From NCBI RefSeq assembly GCF_009914755.1, contig NC_060933.1: a stretch of DNA of 64,000 bases, one strand, 5' to 3'. The position numbers and the translations under genes are program-made. Each line of letters starts with the position of its first letter. Within the stretch, counting starts at the first letter, position 1. Source of the stretch: the human T2T-CHM13v2.0 reference genome, Homo sapiens. Below are positions 13,200-23,710 of the stretch, piece by piece. Below the pieces are notes generated by a model, which ran no database searches, was not told the origin of the DNA, and saw only the letters and a list, made by a program, of their open reading frames with translations.

Positions 13200-15330
13200 A
13201 ATAATGGCAATACAGTAAGCAACTTCCAAACCAACAGAGGAAAATAAGGGCATAAGAAAAATTTTATCATTCAGTTGGAAGATACTAAGGAGAGAGAACA
13301 ACATAAGCAAAGAAAAATACTGGTAAATAGGAAACATGGGTAACAGTAAGTGTAAATATTAGTAACCACATAATAGAAATAGATTATGCTCCACTGTTTT
13401 AAAAAACAGATATTCTCAAATTAGACTTACTTTAGCTTACTTAGATATACTTTACCAGCCTATCTAAAATATGAAAATACAAAATAATGGAAAATAAAGA
13501 GGTCAGAAAAGACATATCAGGAAAACACCAGGAAAACAAAACTTCCATAGCAATTTTAGTTTCTGGCAAAACAGGAATTAAAACAAAGTATTATTAGGAA
13601 TTAAGAAAAAACAACAATTAACCTTGAAGATTCAGCAATCCTGAACATGTACATACATAACAAAAAGCCTCAATCTATGATGCATACATTTACAGAATTG
13701 TAAGAATAAATTAATAAATCCTCAGTCTGGGTCACAAATGTTGATACACTTTTCTCAGAAACTGATCATTCAACCAGACAAAAAGCTAGAAAGTATTAAG
13801 ATTTAAACAAATTAGGAATGGAAAGGGAGGATAACTCTATACACTAGAAATTTAATAAAAACCTTAGATAATAGTGAACATTTTATATTAATAAATGTGA
13901 AAACAAACTGGACAGTGTTCTGGAAAAAAAAAATGAACACACTACAAAAATTCACTCCACAAAAGTGGAAAACATGACCACATCAGAAAAGAAAACTTAA
14001 GCTAGTATCATTTACATTAATGTTAAAAGCTTGGAAAACTAAATAACTTTAAAAGTTAACTAGCTTAACTAAAAAGCTAAATAACTAAAAGCTGTTTTAA
14101 AAATTAAACAACTAAAATCTTTAAAAACTAGAAGCTTTATTAACTAAAGCTAGCAATTTTTTTCTAATACAATTTCATCAGGTAGTATTTATCCCCATTA
14201 TTTAAGGATGGTTTAACCTTTAAAATTCTACAAAGGTAATCCACATCATCAGTAGGCTGAAGAATAGCTATGTGGTGACTCCATAAATGCAGAGAAAAGT
14301 ATTTAATAAGATTAATGCACATCAAGATGAAGAAAAATTCAGCAGGCAAGACATAAAAAAACTTTGGCAATCTGCTTAAGTGTGTGTCTCTAAAAAACCA
14401 ACAGCAAGTATCTCACATAATAATTAAATATTAGGAGCAGCCTCTTTAAAGTTGGGGCAAAACAAGGACATCCACTATCACACCTTCCGTTTAACATTGT
14501 ACTGGAATTCCTAGCCAATGCAATAAGGCAAGAAAAATGTGTTACATAGTAAAACGCATAAAGCTTGAAAAAGAAACAACATTGTCTTTATTCACAATTG
14601 ATATGTTTGCCTACACAGAAAATTCAAAATAATCTACAAATAAATATGAAAATTAATAAGAAAGTTAAATAAGGACACTAAACACAAGATCAACATATAA
14701 ATGTCAACAACTTCATATACACTAGCAACAAATTAGAAATGTAATTTTTAAAAATTCCCACTCATAATAGTGATAGAAACTATAAGGTTCCTAGAGTTTT
14801 AAGAAAAAATGATAAAACATTATCGATAACAAAAAATACATAAATTAATGAAGAAATGCAGCATTCTGTACAGGTGGAGACTCAATACCAGGACTGACCC
14901 CAAATAAATCTACAAATTCAAGGAAATTCCGGTGAAGATGAACATTGAAATTTTTCACAGAACTTCACAATCTTATTTTTTAGAACTTGATAGTCTGACT
15001 ATAATATTCACATGAATCAATAAAGAGTCAAGAGTGGTGTAGATAATTTTGAAAGAGAATAATGAGAAAGACTTGGCTCAGATATCAACATTTCCAATAA
15101 AGCTAAAGTATTTTAAACAGCATACTATTTTCCCATGGGTAAATGAATAAATCAATGGACTGGAATAGAGAGCCATATATATATATATGTGCATGTATAC
15201 CCACATACACACACATCATATATATAGCAGATAACATATATATAGCATATATATATATATGATTTAGTTGACATTTTCAGTCAGTAAAAGGGAAATGATT
15301 ATATGTGAAAAGCAACATTTTAAACTTTTT
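13200..15330 (+). mobile_element. Old L1M ORF2 remnant, part 1
   Basis: A-rich degraded ORF2 text (taaatgcagagaaaagtatttaataag, tttaacattgtactggaattcctagccaatgcaataaggcaag, ggaatagagagcc). Confidence 0.85.
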
Positions 15331-15360
15331 TTAAACAGTCTATCTGTTACCTACAACTTT

Positions 15361-16443
15361 GTTTTTTTTTTACAGCATAGAGTAATTTATTGCAAAATAA
15401 GAAGACTATTTTGAAAATTAAGTGCACAATAGACAGTACACCCTGAGAGATTCCAGGGCTGCCTGCTCGTAAGGGTGATGCAGCATTGATTGCTGCTGGA
15501 GAAATCCCCTTTCTGGGAGTTTTACATGATTATTCATAAGGAGGTGGAAAGAGGTGTTACTAGTAAACATGTTCTGGGTGCTCTTCTGGGTACACATGTG
15601 CAGTAGCTGTACATGATATTCATATGTTGCATGTCTCATTAGCATCTTAAATCTCCACCCGGGGGTGTGTTTTTTACTATTAAAATGAGCAAAAGGTCAG
15701 TTTGAGGACAGGGAAAATCAAAATGCACATGCTCTCTAGAAGGGAAAGTCCCTACTGAAGATAACGGGTTTCAAATGACTCCAAGTGCTCCACATCTTAA
15801 AAGTAGTCCCACAAAGCTGGAACACTATCTGTTCCAGAGGGATCAGGTCCCACCTGTGTCTCTGAGACACTGATGAGTCAGGCCCAACTTGAGATGAGCC
15901 TAATGATCTCAAGTGTAAAATGCCTAAATCATCAGCAGCTTCAGGTTGCATTTTGGAGCTTGTCCACTTAAATGGACTAATGAAAATGGCTCACAAGACA
16001 CATGCCTAGGAAATGGGGTTCTCTCCTTTGCTTTTAGCAAATCCTGTGCAGCCCAATAATTAAGCTTCCTGATGCTTCAACTTTCACATTTGTGGAAAAG
16101 GCACCAGTGCGCATGACGTTTCCACAAAACCACCTGCAGAGATCTGAAGTTGGCACAGGCTGAGCGTGTGCTCTGGCTAGAGAAAGCAGAGGGTGGGCTG
16201 CGGCACAGTGGACAGTGTCTTCGACATCAGGACCGTTTCCATAGTAGTTTAGGAAAGAAGGCAGATCCCTCGGCTGGAGAAGACGCAATACTCTGGAAAG
16301 ACCCCTGGGTGCAGGAGAGAGAGGAAACCGAGCTCGACAGGGGCAATGGGGTGAGGACAACCAGCCAGATTTGAGCAAAGGTGAGGTATACTTCATAGCA
16401 TAATACTCTCCTCAATGCCCAGCCCAGACCTGCCCTTCACGTC
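15361..16443 (-). pseudogene. Putative processed retrocopy of a transcript ending in an ERV1-class LTR
   Basis: On the minus strand: unidentified 5' part, then LTR-like sequence (~15775-15372), AATAAA (15386-15391), 14 nt and A10 (15362-15371). A degenerate TSD begins tctatctgt at 15339 and 16444. Confidence 0.55.
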
Positions 16444-16499
16444 TCTATCTGTACTCACTCTTCTTGGCAAGGGAGCGGCATGGAATCAGCCCTAACATT

Positions 16500-16685
16500 G
16501 CTATTGATGAAACAATGTCTGAGACTTGTTTGAAATACCCTAGAAAAAAGTGGGAGAGGCAGGAGAAAAACAGATGAAGCAAAGTGGCATTAAGTTGATG
16601 GTTGTTAAAACTAAGGGAAAGGGACGTGGGAATACCTTGCTTAATTCTTTCTACTTTTGAGTGTCTTTGAAAATTATTGTAATGA
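16500..16685 (+). mobile_element. L1MC-type 3' end
   Basis: atgtctgagacttgtttgaaata...cagatgaagcaaagtggc...ttctttctacttttgagtgtctttgaaaatt. Confidence 0.65.
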
Positions 16686-16694
16686 TGGGTTTTT

Positions 16695-17265
16695 TTTAAG
16701 TTTTAGAAGAGAACACATAAAATATTTTTGACCGTGGGTAGCAAACAATTTCTTAAATAAGACATTAAAGGCACAATTCACGAAGAAAAAAATGATAAAT
16801 TTGACTACATTAATTTTTTAAACTAATATATGACAAAGACTGTCTTAAATAAAGATAAAAGATGTGCCACAGACTGGGAAGAAATATTGTAATGTATGTA
16901 ACTGACAAAAGGTTAGCATGCAGAATATGTTAAGAACTCCCACAAGTCAAACAGCCCAATAAAAATATTGGCAAAAGATGTTCAAACAGTTCTGTAAAGA
17001 GGAAGCCTGATGGCTAACATAAACATAAGAAAAGATAATCAACCTCATTGTTAATCAGAAAATGCACATTACAATAAGATCCCCTTTCACCCATCAGACT
17101 AGCAAAAATGAAAACATTAGACAATACTGGATATTGGTGAGGAGTAGAGAAACAACTCTCATACATTTCTTATGGAATATTAAATTGGTACAACTCTTTG
17201 GAGAATAATGTGACACTATCTTGTAAATTCAAAAATGTTCATACCCTGCACCCCAGCAATTCTGC
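16695..17265 (+). mobile_element. Old L1M ORF2 3' remnant, continuation of part 1
   Basis: Resumes at ttttagaagagaac...gataaatttgactacatt...cacccatcagactagcaaaaat. Confidence 0.8.
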
Positions 17266-17299
17266 TGTGTTTGTTCATGGTCCCTTGCATGCAAAACTA

Positions 17300-18350
17300 A
17301 GATAATTTCTAAGGTATACCTGGAAATAGAATTGCTCGAATGTATTACATATTGCCAAATTTCCTACCCAAATGAATGTGCCATTACAATACCAATGACA
17401 CTTAAGTTTTTCAGTTTCTCTATGCTTTTTTGATATATATTAATCTATAATAGATAAAATGCAATTTTATTTTTATTTTAAATTTCATTTGTTTAGTTAT
17501 GAGTAAGGTTGTCCATCTTTTCAAACATTTATTGTGCATTTGTATTCCTTTTTCTGGAAATATCCTGTTTATACCCTCTGCCCATTTTTCTCTTTTGCTC
17601 TTCCTTTATAACTTTTAAAAACTTCTCTTAATAAAAAATGGTTCTGTCAGTTTTTTTGCAAATATTTTCACCAGTTTAGTGTTTGCTTTTGACTTACATA
17701 TGGCATTTTGCCATGCACAAGTGTTTTTAATTATATTTAATGCATTAGTCTATCTTCTGTTTTTTTTTTTTTTTTGGCTTCATAGTTATATGCAATGCCT
17801 AGAAGAACCATTGCCACTCCAATATTCTTTTAATTTCAGTGATGTCTACATCTAGTACTCCATGGTTTCATAATTTACATTTAAATCTTTATTAAATTGC
17901 AGTCTATTTTGCAATTCAAACAAGTAGGAATACAGCTTGCCCATCCTCTACTACCAATGAACAGCCAGCAGACCCAATACCATTTATCCATCTTTTCCAT
18001 ACTCTTTCAAATGCTAACTTATTAAAAGTCAAGTTCCTTCATGTTTTTGAATCTTCCTGGACTTTCTATCTATGCCCTGTATCATAGTATTTTCATCATT
18101 ATCATTGTAAAATATGTTCTGATATCTCATAGGGTTAGTCCTCACCCCCAATGTTCAGATTATTCCTGTCTTTTCTCACCTCACATGTTCTAATTTCCAT
18201 ATGAATCTTAGAATTATGTTGTCATTACTTATTATTATTTTATTGATATCATATTGAATTTGTAAGTAAATTTAAGGAAAATTACCAATTGTACAATGTT
18301 AACACTTCTTATTCCAAACAAGGGGTGCCTTTCCATTTAAAGTTTTTTTT
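17300..18350 (-). mobile_element. Old L1 (L1ME-like) antisense fragment
   Basis: T-rich antisense L1 text (tttattgtgcatttgtattcc, gcaaatattttcaccagttt, atattgaatttgtaagtaaattt). Confidence 0.7.
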
Positions 18351-18363
18351 TCTAGTTTACAGT

Positions 18364-18697
18364 TATTATGAACTCAATTTTGTCCCCCCCACCCCCACCA
18401 CCAAAATTATATATTTAAGTCCTAACCCACAGTACCTCAGATTATGACTATATTTGGAGATGGGGTCTTTACAGAGATAATTAGAGTGAAGACATTTAAG
18501 AGAAGATGGCCATCCGCAAGCCAAGCAGAGAGGCTTGGAACAAATATTTCCCTCATGGTCCTCAGAAGAAACCAACCCTGCCAACACCAAGGTCTAGAAC
18601 TTCTTCTAGCCTCCCAAACCATGAGACAATAAATGTTTGTTGTTCAAAGTACCCAGTCTAGGGTACTTTGTTATAGCAGCCCCAGCAAATTAATACA
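18364..18697 (+). mobile_element. MaLR solo LTR (MLT1A/B-like)
   Basis: cagtacctcagattatgactatatttggagatggggtctttacagag...ggtactttgttatagcagcccc...taataca. Confidence 0.85.
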
Positions 18698-18989
18698 ATG
18701 GTGGTAACTTTTCAACATCTCTTCCTGATCCATAAAAACCATTTAGAAAGTAGGTAGAGTTGACTGAGCTGGGTTCAAGTCCAAAATCTACCATATACCA
18801 GCACTAAATGACTTGTCTAAGTCATTTACATTCTCTGTAACTCAGTTTCTTCATCTGTAATATGGGGGTGATCATCCTTTGTAGGTCATCAGTGAGGACT
18901 AAATGAGATAATGTAGGAAATGTGTATGGAACATGACCAGTTTAATGTAGGAAATGTGTAGTTAGTGACCAGCTGGTTGAGGGCAAGAA

Positions 18990-19290
18990 AGGCCCTAGAA
19001 CCTCTCTCAGTGGGTGACTCAATGGAGGACGATGCCATTCAGAAAGACATGAAACACAGAGGAGAAGCAGGCTTGAAGACAAGATGATAAGGTCAGTTCC
19101 AGGCATGCTCATGCTGAAAGACCTGTGGGACATGGTGGAGCATTCCAGAAGGAAAACTGAGGGGAGAGCTGGGCTGGAGACATAAGCAGGAGAGTTGACT
19201 CCATGGGAGTGAATGAAGCTCCTCACGGAAAGGATATGAAGTGACAAGAGGGAAAAGACAGACAGAGTCCTGAAGACCACCAGCACCCAG
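18990..19290 (-). mobile_element. L2 fragment
   Basis: gatgccattcagaaagacatgaaacacagaggagaagcagg...gggctggagacata. Confidence 0.6.
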
Positions 19291-19486
19291 GGACTCCCTA
19301 AAGGGCTCACCCTAGCAGAATACATCCTGGAGATACTTCCTTATTTAATAGGACTTGAGGAAGCAAGCATTGTAATCACAACTGTTTCCAGTTTCTCTGT
19401 AAAGAGTTGAAAGGTTTGTCCTTGTTGCCCAAGTCAGCCTGCAGCATCCCTCTCTTCTATTTGTTCTCTTCAACTGTTGTCTGTAG

Positions 19487-20000
19487 TAGTGGTCCTCAAC
19501 CTTTTAGGTACCAGAGACTGGTTTTGTGGAAGACAATTTTTCTGTGGACTGGGGTGGATGGTGAATAGTTTGGGGATGATTCAAGTGCGTTACATTTATT
19601 GTGAACTTTATTTCTATTATTATTACATTGTAATATATAACGAAATAATTATACAACTCACCATAATATAGAAGCAGTGGGAGCCCTAAGCTTGTTTTCC
19701 TTCAACTAGACAGTCCTATCTGGGGGTGATGGGAGACAGTGACAGATCATCAGGCATTAGATCCTCATAAAAAGCATACAACCTAGATCCCTCGCATATG
19801 CAGTTTACAGTAAGGTTTGTACTCATATGAGAATCTAATGCCACTGCTAATCTGACTGGAAGCAGAACTCAGGAGGTAATGTGAGTGATGGGGAGTGGCT
19901 GTAAATACAGATAATGCTTCGCTCACTTGCCCACAACTCACCTCCTGCTGTGCAGCCCAGTTCCTAAGAGGGTCTGTGGTCTGGGAGTTAGGGACCCCTG
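19487..20000 (+). mobile_element. MER1A (hAT-Charlie) DNA transposon
   Basis: Termini tagtggtcctcaacc / gttagggacccctg, MER1A body, and an 8-bp TSD gtctgtag (19479-19486) / gactatag (20001-20008). Confidence 0.92.
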
Positions 20001-20475
20001 GACTATAGCAAGCTCAATACCAAGGCCTCCATCACATTTGTGTCCATTTCCCGAATACCTACCCCCAAGTACTGACCCATCTCTCTTTCATACGTTTCCC
20101 ACAAATCCCCATTAAAGTAAAACAACAACAAAACCTTTCTCCAGCCAGAAACGCTGAAGGTAACTGACAATACCATTACAAACACTGAAAAATCTCCTCC
20201 CTCAAAGACGAATCCAGTCCCTTATTTTCATTTTAAATCTTGATCTCCTCCCCGACCCCTTTCCCCACCCCTTCAGTCATGAATTCATGACTCCAGCCTG
20301 GATAGCTCTTGACTGAGCACGCCAATGGTTGCAGCCATAGAATCTGAATTCATGGAGCCAAGTGATAGGGAGCCCAGCAGAGTGATTATGGGTACAGACC
20401 TGGGTGTTGGGAAGATCTGAGTTTTATCCCACTGCTGTCATTTATCAGCTGTGCAACTTCAAGCAAATTACCTCC

Positions 20476-20854
20476 TGTCTTAATCTGTGCTGCCATAACA
20501 AAATACCCAAGGACCAGGGTAATTTATAAACAACAGAAATTTATTTCTCACCATTTTGGAGGCTGGGAAGTCCAAGATCAAGGCACCAGCAGGTTTAGTA
20601 TCTGGTGAGGGCTCAGTCACAGCTTCCAAGATGGCACCTTGACTTCTGTGTCTTCCAGAGGGGACAAATGCTGTGTTCTCACATCGTGGAAGGTACAAAG
20701 GGCAAATAAAACCTATCTTATTGGCCACAGACTCCTTTATAAGGTTGCTCATCCCCTAATTCCTTCCTAAAAAGTTGCACCCCTTAATATTGCTGCATTG
20801 GAGATTAAGTTTCAACATGAATTTGGAAGTGACACAAACATTCAAATCATAGTG
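20476..20854 (-). mobile_element. MaLR solo LTR (MSTD-like) inserted in a MIR
   Basis: ggaggctgggaagtccaagatcaaggcaccagcagg; 5-bp TSD cctcc at 20471-20475 and 20855-20859. Confidence 0.88.
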
Positions 20855-23464
20855 CCTCCCCTCTCCAGACCTGAACTTCATCTGTAAAATGGGAATAAAA
20901 GTAGAACATTCCACTTAGGATTATTATGAAGATTAAATAAAATAACCATATTACTCAGCATACAATAATAAACCCTAGGTAATTAATAAGCCCTAGGTAA
21001 CTTCTTTGTTCTATCCCTAAAAGGTTGGGCTTCAGTCTTTACAGCACATTCCCTCACTTCACAGAGACAATTTAAAGACTCCCTTGACCTTGGGAAATCT
21101 GGAATTTAATCTTGAACGTGTAAGGAATGCTCATGGGTTTGGAATCAGAAAAATTCAAGTGAATTCAATCTACCTCACAAGTTTTGATATCTCTAATTAT
21201 GCTTACCTCCCATAGTTAAAGTAGATAATAAATGAAAAGTGCCTATCTCAATGTCTGGCAAAGAGTAGGTGCTTACAGCTGAAATTTCAATCAGCTTGAA
21301 AAGACAGTAGAAAGAACTTTGAAAGCTCTATGGGAAAAAGTGCTAAGAGGGAGCACGTAATCCCGAGAGAGAATATAAAGTATTAAATAGATTGTTCTTT
21401 TCAATATGGCTAAATTTTCAATGTAAACTTTCAACTTTCAATATAGCTAAACTAAGTTAAGTCTCCAAAAAATAATTAGCCCAGTTCATTAAATCAGGCC
21501 CATTCGACATGGGCCAAGGACAGTTTACATGGGTTTTGTTTGGCCTTGGATGTTGGCATCCCTTCAGCAGAGTTATAGATAGTTTTGACATTTGCAGCTT
21601 CTGTTAAACAAGAAGTTGGGGAAAACACAAGTGGGGCAGGATGGGCGGCTGGGTGCAGAAAGAATTTTTTTAAACAGAAAATAAATGTCGTTTACAGAGC
21701 ACTATCAGGCATCAGCGTTGCAGGGAAAAATTCGGATGGGGCAAATTAAGTAACTGTTCCCATGATTAACTGTCTCTGCACAGTCAGTCATGTGACAGTA
21801 AATCTGGATTGAGTGGCAGCCGTGTTAACAAACTGGAGAGAAGATTGATGTCCATCCGACACCAAGAAATGCACAATCAAAGTGAAAAGCTCTTTCAGCC
21901 CTGTGCCAGTCAGTGTATAAATATGTATCACTGGCTTCTAAAGTGAGTTATGATTTCATTCTCCTACTGGTACCTGAAATCTAGAGAGGGCATTTGTCTA
22001 GTCCCTGTATCGGGGGTGACAGGTATAGCAACGTGGTCACACGGGGGAGATATCTGCTTGGCAGATAAATCAGGCACAGTGAAGGGACCTGTTGTTATCA
22101 ATTTGATCTTGGGGGAAAAACATCTTCCTGTACTCAGGCAATATTGTTACTGAATTGAACGGGTCCTTCCTTTACCGAAGCATTTGTAGGCGCCGTTTTC
22201 TCCCATCTGTTGTGTGTCTGGATGAACTGGTGTGCAGCTTTCAATTTCTACACTTCACACAAGATACTGTCTGGCTTGCCCACTAGGGTGTAAACACCTT
22301 GAGGGCAGATCCATGTGTGATGCCTCTGTGCTCCCATCTTTAGTGCAGGGGTTACCATTGTTTGTTCATTTGAAATGAACAAGAAGGCCAAGCCTGAAAT
22401 CTAACCTCCACCAGCAGTAGAAGAAACACCTGAATAACAGCTCCAAGAACACAGGGTTTATTTTTCTGGGTCTCTGTGATGAGGTCCATGACCTCTGAGT
22501 ACATCTTCAACATGCAGGGTTCATTTCTTCTCGTTCTATTCACTGTCATCAGGCAAGTTTCCCTTCTGAAAAGTTTCCTTTCTGGAGCTTCCCATCTAAC
22601 CACTGAAGTAACAGATTCCAAATCTCTATCGGCAGCTGAGAGCCTTCTCCTGGGCTCTAAACCCATATGTCCAGTTTTCTTGAGGATCTCTCCATCTGCA
22701 TATCAAACTCAGCCTATCCAAAGTGGAGCTCAGCACCCTGCATCTCTTCTTCCCACATCTTTGACATTGATATCAATCAATGACATTGTCACTGCCCCAG
22801 CTGCTCAAGCCAGAAGCCCAGCAAGCATCCTTGACGCCCCCACACCTGACATGACAGCCATGATGAGTGGACTCTAGCAAGAAGTTAGACTCTTGCTTGA
22901 GTGGTGTGAGTCCTGGCTAGGATGCTCCTCAGAGCTCGTATTCCTGAGAATTTTTTTCCCTGTATGTTGACAGAGTGGACTTTGCAAGGATGAAGAGCTG
23001 ACTCCATCCAGTCTCTAGAAAAGAAAAAAGGTTGAACCAAATGAGTGTTTCCCAAGCTAGCTCTACAGATGTATTTATCTGTAGATGGAGAAACTCCATA
23101 CTAGACGATCTTTGACTTTGAGAAAGGCTGCAGAGCTTTCCTCTGCTCCCTAAGGCCAAGTCCAAGGAGGGAATTCCTTGGAGCCTCGTGTGCTCCCTGT
23201 CTCCCATATGGCGTCCAGAGACAGAACTTGAGGCTCTGCTCTCCTTTACCCAATTGTAGAAACCCAAAAGTTAACCCTGGGAAGGGACCAGAGAGAGGGA
23301 GGGAGAGCAGCCCCACAGGACATTGTTTGGACAATTTCAGCATCAGCACATTGTGGTCAGAGGCAAGAGGCCCCCAGAGAGACCACTCCCTCCTAAACCT
23401 CTCCCTTTTTTTCACAAGGGAAGCCTGTGACTGGATGCTCACCTAATCAGGGTTGAGACCAGCT

Positions 23465-23710
23465 GAGCATTGAGGTTAAGAACGTACACAGGTTTGGAGT
23501 CAGATAGATTTTTGGTCAAACACCAGTTCCACTGCTTACTCACTGTGTAACCTCAGGCCAGTCATTTTATCTCTCTGAGCTTCAGTTTCTTCACCAGTAA
23601 GACAGTCCTACCTCATAGGGCTGTTGTGAGAATTAAGTGCAATTAGATATGTACAAGTACTTGGTCCAGTGGCAGAAACATAGTAGATATTTGGTAAGTG
23701 ATAACTATGA
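23465..23710 (+). mobile_element. MIR
   Basis: tgtgtaacctcaggccagtcattttatctctctgagcttcagtttcttcacc...cctacctcatagggctgttgtgagaatt. Confidence 0.8.

Noticed and set aside
16034-16396. 120-aa minus-strand ORF in the putative retrocopy
   Set aside because: No recognisable domain; kept only as part of the retrocopy finding.
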